From contig CM120642.1 of the NCBI GenBank assembly GCA_051362555.1, positions 19,406,001 to 19,470,000 of the forward strand: 64,000 nt of DNA. The letters run 5' to 3'. A program made the translations under genes and the position numbers. The notes below the pieces were generated by a model. That model was not told where the DNA came from. It did no database searches and was given only the letters and a program-made list of their open reading frames with translations. Below, in pieces: positions 50,016 through 62,729 of this stretch (positions are counted from its first letter, which is position 1; each line of letters starts with the position of its first letter). The stretch comes from Lingula anatina (taxonomy: Eukaryota > Animalia > Brachiopoda).

Positions 50016-51008
50016 TACCCGCATGAAAATGGAGTAGTATCGAAGTAGCAAAAAAGCATTAATGCAGTAGTGGTGTGGAGCACATTTGCAGTAGAAATGC
50101 AGCATAGCCTACTGAAATTCTACTCCAAAAAGTACATAGGTTTGTACAGAGAGGAGCATTAATGCAGTAGATTAGCAGCATAATAGAAGCATATTTCAGA
50201 TGTGCTATTTAGCTTCCAAATCTATTCCAGTGAAGTAGAGAAAAAGCACTATGCTTATGCTCCAAATCTACCTCCGTGGAGCAGTTCGCGAGCATTGCTT
50301 TTTTCATATATACTCCAAATCTACCTCCGTGGAGCAGTACGCGAGCATTGCTTCTTTCTTATATACTTCAAATCTACCTCCATGGAGCAGTACGCGAGCA
50401 TTGCTTCTTTCGTATATACTTCAAATCTACCTTCACGAAGCAGTACGCGAGCATTGCTTTTTTCATATATACTTCAAGTCTACCTCCACGGAGCAGTACG
50501 CGAGCATTGCTTCTTTCTTATATACTCCAAATCTACCTCCGCGGAGCAGTACGCGAGAATTGCTTCTTTCTTATATACTTCAAATCTCCCTCCACGGAGC
50601 AGTACACGAGCATTGCTTTTTTCATATATACTCCAAGTCTACCTCCACGGAGCAGTACGCGAGCATTGCTTCTTTCTTATATACTCCAAATCTACCTCCG
50701 CGGAGCAGTACGCGAGAATTGCTTCTTTCTTATATACTTCAAATCTCCCTCCACGGAGCAGTACACGAGCATTGCTTTTTTCATATATACTCCAAATCTA
50801 CCTCTGTGGAGTATCTTTGAATGATTCGATGCGCGCCAGTGCAGTGCAGCATAAGCATAGTGCTTTTTCTCTACTTCACTGGAATAGATTTGGAAGCTAA
50901 ATAGCACATCTAGGCTATACTGCATTTCTACTGCAAATATGCTCCACACCACTACTGCACTAATATGCTTCTTTGCTACCTCGATACTACTGCATTTTCG
51001 TGCGGGAT
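50016..51008. mobile_element. Foldback-like MITE with long bipartite TIRs around a 53-bp minisatellite
   Basis: Outer IR 50016-50110 / 50911-51008 (TACCCGCA...). Inner IR ~50199-50261 / 50847-50910. About 10.4 copies of a 53-bp unit at 50261-50812. Confidence 0.9.
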
Positions 51009-52005
51009 AATGCAGAGCGTCTCTTAACCCGCATAACCGGGGAATACATTACACATACTTGATCTGAAATCTTATTTTTTATACATGCAGTCTTATTGAT
51101 AAGCGCCGTTAATATATACTCGTAACATGATATCACTTGATCAATTATCATATATTGATGTCATGTACGCCAAATTAAAATCCCATGGCAACCTCAGTCT
51201 ACAAATTCAAGGTCGTAAAAAACACTTGAAAGTCAGTTAGACTTCTGGCAAATTTAAGAAAAAAACTTTTTTTATTTTTGACATTTAAAATTTGATTGAC
51301 TGAATATTAAATTTATTTATAACTTGATACTATTTATCGTTTATCTCAATGTTTAACTACAGACTTAACATTTAATGTGGAATATTTATCTCCAAATCAT
51401 TTTTCGTCATTTTTTTTTCTTATTTTGCTGACTGATAAATGACGATAAGGATTAAAATCGTGTTTTAATAACTTTTAATTATCTCCTTGATGGCATTGTG
51501 ACATCATTTCATTAATTGAATTCGCCGCTGAAGCAAACAAAAATACATTGCTTATTCTAAGTCATTAGACAACCATTAAAAGCGATATTTGGATCTCCGT
51601 ATTCGCTAAATTAACGTCTGTAAAATAGCTTTTAGCCTAGGTCCCAACTACGTTTTGGACGCACGGTTTTTTAGGTTCCGGCTAGGACGTAGCTAGATCG
51701 CAGGGAAGGGATCAAGTAATTGGTGATTGCAAGGAGTGCGCAAGGAGAAAGTGCGTGAAAAGTACGTGAGAAGTACAGCCTCCGCACGGCAGAATTACCT
51801 GCTGCGCCCGACGGGCTTTCGCACGTGTTCCACGCGCTCCGTGCATGCAAAGCACAAGCATCGTGCACCATGTACGTTATACGTACTAAGAGTACGGGTA
51901 ACGCAAGGGCAACGCAAGTGGACGTAAGGCAGCCTTGCTGACTTCGTACGCTTGTTGCTCGTCCTCCTTACGCGAGTCGTGCGTGTTGAGATGTTTCTGA
52001 GAGGG

Positions 52006-52012
52006 TATAAAA
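52006..52012 (+). promoter_or_regulatory. TATA box of the Harbinger transposase gene
   Basis: TATAAAA 54 bp upstream of the ATG at 52060. Confidence 0.5.
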
Positions 52013-52059
52013 ACAGTGCATGTTTGAGGAGACCATTATATCAGCAGCGGGGTTCAAAG

Positions 52060-54562
52060 ATGGTAAGCCCAATCCCACCGCAGAGACTGCTGGCGTTTTA
52101 TCACCAGGACTGGCTTCAGGCTGCTGAACACGAGCATGACCTAGTTTTGATGGCCTTAATCAGAGAGCGAGAGAAACAGATACATCCAAGAGCTAGGCGA
52201 TTCTGGGTAAGACCTTGGATAGAGAGGAAAAGACTCTTTGGACAGTACTATACGTTTTTCATAGAGCTTGAGAGGGAATCACAGGGTGACTTAATGAAAT
52301 ACTTACGGGTCGACAAAAACATGTTCGCTGAACTACTCCTACGAGTCATGCCGAGGATCACCAAGAGCCAAAGGTGTGAATGGACACATTACCAACTTTC
52401 ACTACATAATGATGAAATAACGGCACGTTAAATACACATATAAAGATATTAAATACCAATGTAACATAACAATGGTTTCATCATTTTCCTCATTTAATGT
52501 TTTAGAAGCCGTAGACCATTGGAACCAGGATTGAAATTTGCCAATACCTTGCGGTTCCTGGCAACAGGAGCAAGCTACCGCTGTCTGGCGTTCAGCTTCA
52601 GGGTGGCTCATAACACCATATCCAAGTTCATACTAGAGGTTTGCACAGCAACATATGAGGAGTACAAGGCCGACCTCTTTACAGTGCCCTCAACTGCAGA
52701 CGGCTGGAAGGATGTAGCACGGAAATTCAGTTCTCGCTGGAACTTTCATCACACGTGCGGAGCAATTGATGGGAAGCATGTCACAATCAAGAAACCAGTG
52801 GTTTTCTGTACTTCAACTCCAAGGGTTTTTTTCTCAATTGTCCTACTGGCCAAAGTTGATGCTGAGTACATCAACTTCGTTTGGTGTATGGTTGGTGCCA
52901 CTAGCTCCTCATCTGATGCCGGTGTGTTCAAGGCCAGAAATGCACAGCATTAACGCAATACGCGAGGGCGCAACAGTTGGGCTTCACGTGACTCAACTAG
53001 CCAATCACAGCACAACAATGGCATGGCACACAGACTCTGTGATAAGTGCTCGAGGAGCCAAAATTGACTTCTTGGACTGATAGTAGGGGGCCGAGGTGAA
53101 AATACTGAAAAGCTCATAACACATATTAGAATTTCTAGATATAGTGGTTTATCATCACAGAATTTAACCTTGAAACTTGGCCTACTACCACATTCAATAT
53201 CAGGGTTGTCAGCCAAATAGGATTTGATGGCAAAAATAAGCTCAGATTCAACATCTATCTCAGCCCCATCATGTGGTCCTGGAGTACTTTGCACATGACA
53301 AATCACATTCATCTCTTTACGCGTTTGTTTTATTTGCTTTTGGGCAGCCCATTGTCAAGTAGTGTTAGTACATGGTAACAGGCATCTGACATGTGCAGAG
53401 GAGTTTATTGTAATATATATTGTTCTTATTGTTACATTATTAAATCTAACTCTGTATCCAAGTAGTAATTATACTGTACCAAGTCGCGTACTGATGGTGT
53501 GCAGAGGTCATATATTCCAGAATAAGCCCTTACCACTAATTTATAAATTTTATTTTTGTTTAATATGTTACTCATGAAAGAGTTCATGAAAGATTAGTTT
53601 GGGTCGTTAAATCGTGATCTTATTCTTTTTATATTCAAATAAATGAATAATTTGGGTAAAATTGGTCTTCCACGTCTTATTTGCATTTTTCCTTTACTAC
53701 AAGATTATTTTGGAACATTAAAATTTTGGCAGCATTAAAAATTAAACATGAATAGCAATCTGAAAGACGAATTTTGCATAATTACTAAATGATGATAGGA
53801 AGTTTGGATTAAGAGATTAGTTAAATAGTGATATTGTCAGTCAATTTATGTAAAATCTGATAATATGATTGAAAATACTGATTGAATTCTTGGCCTTGCA
53901 CTGGGCAGTTTTACATTTGTGCCAAGTGCTATTTTGGACTCTATTGCAGTGGTAAAAGTTCTTCAATTACCATGAAAGTTTTTAATCAGACTGTATGGTG
54001 CTGCCATTTGCTGGTGCTATCGGCAATGAATTAGTTTGCCTTTGTTTCTAAGTGAATCTACCGTCTAAAATCACTATTTCTGACAATATTTGCGTTTTGC
54101 TGAGAGTAGACAAAGCAATGCACGGCAATCTTCTTAGTACGTGTGTACAACAGATTTTTTTTAAACCCTAGCGATATTTGGTCAGGAGTTGCTTGAAGCA
54201 TAGCACAGCGTTGCTGTCTATCGGCATCAGGCCGTTAGTTTGTCAATTTTCCGCCATGAGCCCACGAATCGCGAACCCATTCATTTTCCTATGGCAATCT
54301 AGCAACTCATTAGAAATGCACGCATGCGCAGTGGGCTAGGCGTGACGTCATGCAGTGCATTTCTGGGGATGTAATATTTCTACAATTAGACGTGCTCTGG
54401 AGACGAACAGGATAGGATTCCCTGACCCAGAACCTCTTCCAGGAGATGACAGGGACTTACCATACTTTCTGGTTGTAGACGACGCATTTCCTCTGCGCAC
54501 ATGGATGATGAAGCCCTACAGCAGACGAGGGATGTCTCCCAAGGAACGTGTCTTCAATTACG
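52060..54562 (+). pseudogene. Harbinger DDE transposase pseudogene (exon 52060-52373, intron 52374-52505, exon 52506-52933, resumes ~54387-54562)
   Basis: Motifs RRFWVRPW, TLRFLATG.SY, FRVAHNTIS, GAIDGKHV, FFSIVLLA.VDA.Y, SDAGVF, DDAFPL..WMMKPY and ERVFNY. Compensating frameshifts near 52800-52830, a 1.4-kb insertion, and truncation before the catalytic E. Confidence 0.92.
52934..54366. mobile_element. TIR element nested in the Harbinger transposase
   Basis: CCAGAAATGCACAGCAT ... ATGCAGTGCATTTCTGG. Interrupts the transposase after SDAGVF. Confidence 0.7.
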
Positions 54563-56199
54563 AACGAAACTTATATTGTGCACTGCAGTGTAATGATTGT
54601 GTTGAAATTATCTCATAAATGTGCTCGTTGTATGTTTTGATGTTTAATGTAACAATAAAATTTACTAAGATATGCATTGTGCCTCCTTTTTTCCACCTTA
54701 ATTAGAAAAGCAATGGAGAGAAAGAGTCGCATTAAAGTTAGATTACAACCGTAAAAATAATACATTTTAAAAAAGGGAAATATCCCAGTAAACACAAAAT
54801 GTTATTAAAACACCATAAAAATATTTTGACGTCATGCATAAGGTTTAAATACTTTTTACATATATTATGATCGTTGGCCATTTATTTATTAATATGTTTA
54901 AAACATTTAAAACCGAACATCGTAAGATTATTGCGTTTTCTACTTTCCTAGATCTCTTGGGGAGTTCACTTTAAAATAAATTCAAATTTAAGAATATTTA
55001 TAAAGAAAAACATTGTAAAATTTAGTTAATATTTCTCTTACCATTTAGACAAAATAAACTTCCTAAAGTGAAATGCTTTAAAAATTAATAATTCATTAAG
55101 TAATATACTAGCTTTTATTTTTCATAACCAAACATAAAGCTTGAAACAGATATTTCAAATACAAAAAATCAGTCCTCATTAGATGGTTCGATGGTCCTCC
55201 CACGGGTTCAGAAGAGGCAGAGATGGATGTTGTTGGTATTATGGTTATTTACGCCCTTTTGCTCTTTGTTGACTTTTTATGTACAGACCAAAAATAGCCG
55301 GACGCAAGGATCCATAAAAAACCGTGCGTCCAAAACGTAGTTGTGACCTAGGCTTAACTTTTCGACATGATCAACAGCCGCTACGTGCGATCTAGCTACG
55401 TCCTAGCCGGACGCAAGGAACCTAAAAACCGTGCGTCCAAAACGCAGTTGGGACCTAGGCTTTAGCAGCCCGCACGTCCGGTTGCGACCTAGGTTAAAAG
55501 ACCCTCATGTCAGTGTTTAGTCACAGCCTTGGTCGCTGTTACGCTTGATCTCATCTGGCTGTTATCAGGGCTCTCAAGCGTTAAGGCATATATTCCTTGG
55601 GATAGGTTTTCAAAAGGTGTTCAGTTTGGTTCAGTTTTATTGTAGGACATTTAAGCCGTTGGTTACCAGACTATGTCTTTATTTGATCTGGTTCAGGATC
55701 TCATCGATGACTACCATTGGTGTTTGGCACCAATGTGGTAATCTACTCCAAATACTGACTCTTTGTGCTTCATAGAAGGAGGTACCCCTGTATTAAGATG
55801 CAACCGTATATCTTTTTCTCTTGTCTGTTGGCTGTCTGTATTTTACATTAGGCCTAGGGTCAAAAGGGACTTATGTGGTCCATATTCATTATTCTGAGTG
55901 ATTCATTTTTATCATTCTTATTCTTCTTGATGACTGACAACATGCACTCACTGTGTGATAATATGTGGGCAAAGGGATAATATAACAACTACATGTACTT
56001 TGATACATTTGTAGCAAAGATGGGGACTGGGAAACACGATCAATAATATAAGGGGGGGGGGTATAAAAAATAAAACCACTATTTATAGAACTGACTCTAC
56101 GGCTACGACGAAAAAACTTAGTTTTATTAACCTAACAGGTGTTACTTTAGAAGGACACAGGGATATTTGAAACATTTTACACGCCACACAATAATAGCG

Positions 56200-57815
56200 C
56201 GTAATAAAGGGTACCGGAGGAGACTAGAATTGTGCAGAATTGTGCCGGAAGTGTGATGTCATGTGACGTCAAGTGGTGTAAGACGCGAAGCTGAGTGGTC
56301 ATTTTAGTTGGAGGCGAACGGGAGTAAAGACGTGGCCTCGGAGAAAAAAAGCAGTTTTCCCAACAACATGGTAAGATAACTTTCTTCTTTACGCATTTTG
56401 GACAGACAATACTTGTAGAAATACTAGGTGCATGATATGAAAACGTGTCACGGAACTTAAAGGTGAAAAATCATGCTTAATTTCCAGTCAATTTGTTTTG
56501 AAATGTATGCTGCATCGACCGCCAGCGCAACAGCGTTCTATTAGCCTCTTATCTGAACTTAAAATATACTTCATATCGAAGTAAAAATTCAGCAGCTTGC
56601 TTTAATAACCATTGGTTTGCTTCTTTTCTACTGCTCTGAGTATGTCGATTTCACGGCATCTCAATCCTACTGGAAATCTACTGCAAAACATAACTAAAAT
56701 GATCAGCACGTTTTCGCCTACTTCATATCTGCTACGTGAACTTAGTCATTTGTCGGGGAATAGGATGCTACTGCAAATCTACTGCAAAAACATTGCTAAA
56801 ATGATCAGCGCGTTTTCGTCTACTTCACTTCTACAACTCGGACATCTTTATTTTGTTGGCAAACAGGTCATTACTTTAGATCTACTGCAAAAACATTGCT
56901 AAAATGATCAGCGCGTTTCGGTCTACTCCACTGCTACTACATGTACATGAACTTAGTCATTTTGTTGGGGAATAGGTTACTACTGCAAATCTGCTGCAAA
57001 AACATTGCCATAATGATCACCGTGTTTCCATCTACTTCACTTCTAGTAGTCTACTACGTGAACTTAGTCATTTTTTGGGCGGGCGGGTTACTACTTCCAC
57101 TATTTACAAATGCTCGCCAAAAGATTTTATCAAGAAATGAAACATCGGTTCATAATACTATTTACGAAGCACATATACTTCTAACAAGGATATAGAATCA
57201 AAACAAAATTTTCTCGATTATGTAATCAGCCCTCTCCTTACACATTATTGTTGAGTCTTATTTTAACACGTGCTTCCTGGTATTGCATAAGTATATTTTA
57301 TGCCTACGAATCCCGGGTTGCATATTTATACCTTAATCTATTAATGCAAAATTATTCTCACGCACGATCAAAGTGTTACTCCAAAGACGTGTAGATTTTA
57401 TTTTGATATGAACCCCTGTATCTGAACGGCTAGGAAGTTAAACGGGCCGGTGAAATCAAGATTTATGATACCTTAGCTATGTACAGTGTAATTAGCTCAC
57501 CAATAAAGGGTACCGGACGAGACAGATTGTGCCGGAAGTGACATGTAGTGGTGTTAGACGTAACGCTGAGTGGTCATTTTTAGTTGGAGGTGAATGGGAA
57601 TGAAGACGTGGGCTTACAGAAAAAAACAGTTATTCTAATAACACGGTAAGATAACATTTTATCTTTATGCATTTGGGGCAGAGAATACTTGTAGAAATAA
57701 TAGAAGCATGATATGAAAACGTGTCACGGAACTTAAAAGTGAAAAATCGTGCTTAATTTCAGTCAATTTGTTTTGAAATATATGCTACATGTACATCGCC
57801 CGCCAGCACGACAAA
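56200..57815 (+). repeat. ~320-bp direct repeat (56200-56532 and 57500-57815) with promoter-like motifs, flanking a CTACTGCAAA tandem tract (56660-57110)
   Basis: AATAAAGGGTACCGGA..GTGCCGGAAGTG..GGTAAGATAAC..CGTGTCACGGAACTTAAA occurs in both copies. Confidence 0.85.
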
Positions 57816-57989
57816 GAGCGTCGAGGGAAAAGAATTCCAGGGAGGCTATTAATCGTTGCCATGTGGAATTTTTGCATGTATGCAATCTATTATGCCCATA
57901 TCTAAGTATTATTGCGTATTTTATGGTATGTACTCCAATTATAAGGATGTATTAGAGTCTTTGAAGGACCTTGTGAAAACCAGCTACTT

Positions 57990-58204
57990 CGAAACTGCTG
58001 CACGCAGAGTATAAATGCGGTATTGCACTACTGCAGTGAAGCATTATGCTTCCTTTCTACTGTGATTTTGTGAAGCATGGTTGCAGTAGAATGGGGAGTA
58101 TATACTTCACCCATACCTCAAATCGAAGCAGATTTGAGGCATACTTGCAGTGTGATTGCAGTAGTCTACTGCGCTGGAGTATCTACTGCGTTTTTGTGCG
58201 GGTA
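57990..58204. mobile_element. Right end of an element related to the TACCCGCA-TIR MITE
   Basis: Ends CTACTGCGTTTTTGTGCGGGTA (cf. CTACTGCATTTTCGTGCGGGATA at 50987-51009). No left end found. Confidence 0.6.
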
Positions 58205-58208
58205 CCGT

Positions 58209-61200
58209 GTAAGGTTAACACATTTATCGTTATTCTATTTTACTTTCTTTATTCCAATCTCTGCATTTGTTACTCAGAAAAAGGTATAATAATTAAACAT
58301 TTACCATGATATTTAAGGTCTGTCATCTGAATTGTTATGATCTTAACTGAATATATATTAGCAAAAAATAATAGAAAAACCTGCACCACCACAATTTGAC
58401 TTTTTTAAGGCTGATGATCCTATCATTCAACTGCAAATGGGTACATGTACATGTAGCTAAATAAATAATCATTTGTAATTCTTTCAATTGACTTAAGCAG
58501 ATTGAAAAATATTTTCATTTTACATGTATCTTGGTTTCAGAATTCTAAATATTGACAGTTTTAGAAAGGCCTACAAATAACGTTCAGAACTCTTACCTGT
58601 GTTGGAGCTACAGCTTTTCTGTTTGCAGAAGGATCATCGACTATTCGGCTGCGTATTCTACCTTGGTCCAGTAGTTTTCCCTTGAAGGCTTCTCTTCCAC
58701 AGTTTCAAAGTCGAAAACACGCTGCATTTATATTGAGTCCCAAAGATCTATCTCATAATGATAAAACAGTCTAAGGGCCAATCACTGCAATGCATGTCAA
58801 ATCGTGCCGTGCGTGTTGTTTTTATGAGATGTGGTTGATTTCCTTTTAATACCATTATGGTTATCAATAATTTGTTTTTCGTTCTACGGTGATAATTAGA
58901 TCACGGAGGGCCTATATAACAGGTGAGGTCATTTTGATCTTATTTAATTTGAAATGTGTGTTTTCGAGTGTGCGCGCGTGCTTGTTTAGATAAAACATAC
59001 CCCCCCCCCCCCCAAAAAAAAAAAAAAAAAAAATTGTAGGCCTAACTGTGTTTTGGACTGTATGGTGTTTGAGAAGAGCACCAATAAAATGTTTGCTTTC
59101 CGGAGATAAAATCCTAATCCTAATCATACCGGTATGTTTAACAACATATTTCTACCGGGTGCGGTCGTAAGCGACCCTATGGCTTTATTTATCAAATAAT
59201 GATATTTTGGTAGTTACACAACAGAAACTTTTCGGTACATAAAAGAAAAACTGCATTACGCATTGCTGGAAAGCTATGTACAATGCTTTTCTTTGCCAAT
59301 CTAGGCAGTTTTAGAACATAGCTTCATTTTATAGTAAGTCCTAATATTCCAGTTTGCTTAGTTCATCGAGGAAACGTATTTCTTCAAAAACAATGTGTCG
59401 CAATTTTTGGACAAAATTATTTTTAAAAATTTTAATAGCTTAAATGTTGATACAAAATATGTTTCTCTTTCGTTGTTTGATTTTAACTCTTTATATATCT
59501 TTTTAATGTAAAATCAATGAACTTTCTTTCACAAGAATAAAATTTGTCTAGCCTTTTTAGCTGTGGTCTCCATGTCAGTAAGCTGTTGAATTCGACACCC
59601 AGCAGTCTAAAATTGGTTTTCATAAAATGTCAAACATCTTATGTTGTAACCAATGCATGGTTTTACGTATTTTACATATTTGTACAAGTTTGATATCGAC
59701 AAGCACAACAACGTATCTCTTTTGCTGTACTTCTATGCGTAGCAACAACCCCCTCGGTACTTGCTCAAAATTCCGACTAAAAGAAAAAAGCAAAAACATT
59801 TCAAAGGATGTAAAGGTACTCGACTTAACTTAATAATTAAAAGAAATTTATTAATATGATGGTCAGCTATCATCTGCAAAAAGTAAAATTCTATCTTGGT
59901 CCAATCGTTTTCATTTTCTTCCATTTGCTCAAAGTCGAGAACCCGCTGCATTTTATTTAGGCTCAAAATATATCCCATAATGACAAAACTGTCACACTGA
60001 CCAACCATTGTAATGCATGTCAAAACTGAGGATGATTTGGCATTCGTGTCACACCTTAGAGATTGGCATTTCGTGATGTGGCTTTATTTCCTTTCAGATT
60101 TCTTTGTGTTTATCAGTAATTACTTTTTTTTTTGTCATTATTTACTGATAGTTAAATCAAGTAAGAACCTACCTACATGTATATAACAGGTGATTTCGAT
60201 CTCGTTAAATTTGAAATATGTTTTTAAGTGTGTGTGAGCGCATGTTTGTTCAAATACTGCAATGATTTAGATAAAACATGCCCTCTCAAGCTTTTTTTTT
60301 TTTTTTTTAATTTCTGTAAGACTATGATGTTTGAGAATAGTACCAATAAAACATTTGCGTACATGTATCAAACATGAAAACTTAAATTAAACTTCAAGGA
60401 TCATTTACTTCTTATCTCAATCATAGTTAAAAATAGCTCATAGGAATCGAATTTAATGTGTGGAAATATTCATTCAAAAGACAATTAGACCCCATGCATT
60501 CCCATAGATTTCAGATCGAGCTATCCCTGTGCGGTGTCTGACTAGATTACTGCCAGCTTAGCTGGCTTAACCGTCTGCCCCGCCTACTAAAAGCTGTGAG
60601 GGGGTAATTAACTATGGTGCGCGCTCGTCTGACTGCAATTTAGCGTGAACCCCCAGGGAGTTAGGTCGATCTAAATCTAAATCTCTGGATCGATCTAAAT
60701 CTCTGTGAATTCACTCTCAGAAAAAGGACAGGAGTAGATTTATTTTTGCCCCCTTTCCTCCGCCACTTCCTGCACCCAAGATTGACCAACTTTCAAAGAC
60801 AATTCCCCATTTCAGAAATGTAGAATAAATATTTCTCTCTAAATACATTCTTGTGGACTTCCTTCACAAGTTCATAATTGAAATCAAATAACTCAAACAA
60901 CTCTTATTGTTATTCCAAAAGTAACACAATTTTGTCTTTGCATCCTTTTATTTCAAATCTTATTTTATTCCCTTAGACCGCAGTTATTTTTACCAATATA
61001 CATGTGCTAGCTTTTGTGGCAACAACTCATCAACGTGAATATACATGTACATGTGTACACCTATCTACTAAAAGATATGCGTGGCTAAAAACGGGCTTGA
61101 CTTTATACAAGTGTACTTATCATTTCCAATGATATTACATTTCAATTTTTCAATATAAAAACACTTTTCGAGTTTGAATATGCTTCAGGCAATTGATTCA

Positions 61201-62727
61201 TGGCGTCTGAATTAACTGCTTTCATTTGATACGGATTTAATCAGATGTCAAACATCTAATGCTCATACCATGGTTTTACGCGTTTTACAAGTTTGATTTC
61301 GACTAGCAAAAAAGTTAAATTCTATCTTGGTACAATCGTTTTTTATTTTTTTTTTCTAATGGTACATGGTCGAGAATACCCTGCCTTTTTATTTAGACCT
61401 TAATATATATACCATAATAATAAAAAAGTAATACTGGCCAATCCTTGCAATGCATGTCGAATCAAGAACGCTTTGGCATACGTGTTACACCTTAGAGATT
61501 AGTTTTTCGTGATTTGGCTCTATTTCTTTTCAGATGTGTTTGTGTTTAGCAGTAATTACTTTTTTTGTTATTCTTTGATGGTAGTTAGATCAGGCAGAAA
61601 CCTATCTTACAGTTGATTTTTATCTCGTTAAATTCGAAATATGTGTAATTCCAGAAGTAAAACAATTTGGACTTTATTTTGAAATTTTGTTTATCATTTT
61701 CAATGACGTTTCACTAATTTTTCAATTAAAAAACACTTTTCGAGTTTGGATATGCTTCAGGCATATTGGTGATGGTGATGTCTGAATTACCTGCTTTTAA
61801 TTGTTACCGATTTCATCAAATGTCAGACATATGCTGCCCTTTCCATGTTTTTACGTGTTTTACAAGTTTGATTTCGACTAGCAAAAAGGTTAAATTCTAC
61901 ATGTACAGGTATCTTGGTCCAATTGTTTTCATTCTTTCCTACTGGTTCACAGGCGAGAACACCCTGCATTTTAATTTACACCCAAAGATCTATCCCATAA
62001 TAATCAAACAGTCACACTGTCCAATCCCTGTAATGCATGTCAAATAAAGGGACGCTTTGGCATACGTGCTTAACCTTGGGGATTCTTTTTTCATGATGTT
62101 GCTTTATTTCCTTTCAGATGCCTTTGTGTTTATCAGTAAGTTGTTTTTCATCATTCTTTGATGGTAGTTAGATCATTCAGGAAATTATCTTACAGTTAAT
62201 TTTGATCTCGTTAAATTCGAAATGTGTGTTATTCAAGAAGTAAAACAACTTGGACTTTATTAATTTTTTGTTCCCTTACACTGCAGTCACTTTGTTATCA
62301 GTATACATTTATTAGCTTTTGTGGCAACATCTAATTTACATGTATATAGGTCTATCTACTGATAGATATATGTCTTGATTTTATACAAGTGCACACTTTA
62401 CATATCATTTTCAAGAACGTTGCATTTCAATTTTCAATACAAAAACGCTTTCTTCGAGTTTGAATATGCTTCGAGCATTAGATTGGTGATGTCTGAATTA
62501 TCGGCTATCATTTGATACGGTTTTCGTCATATCAAATATCTGAAGCTGAGCTAACTAAAGTTTTACTTATTTTACAAGTTTGATCTCGACTAGCAGGAGA
62601 GCGTTTTTCTTTTGATGTACAGGTACTTCTACGCTCAGCAAAAAGTCCCCTTAGTATTTGCTTAAAATTCCAAGTAAAAGAAAAAGGAAAAATCATTGTA
62701 AAGCATATAAGAGTACTAAACTCAACA
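58209..62727. repeat. Complex tandem array, block 3 (start of unit 3)
   Basis: 58209-59500 aligns with 27041-28700, and 60180 aligns with 29084 and position 1. Cores at ~59992, 61430 and 62012. Confidence 0.9.
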
Positions 62728-62729
62728 TA

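Larger units (their letters stand above)
51635..55460 (+). mobile_element. PIF/Harbinger DNA transposon, inactivated
   Basis: TTA|GCCTAGGTCCCAACTACGTTTTGGACGCACGG left TIR. Right TIRs end at 55353 (followed by TTA) and at 55460. HARBI1-type transposase inside. Confidence 0.92.

Noticed and set aside
50202-50900. Three overlapping long ORFs (182-232 aa)
   Set aside because: Artefact of a stop-free 53-bp minisatellite inside a MITE.
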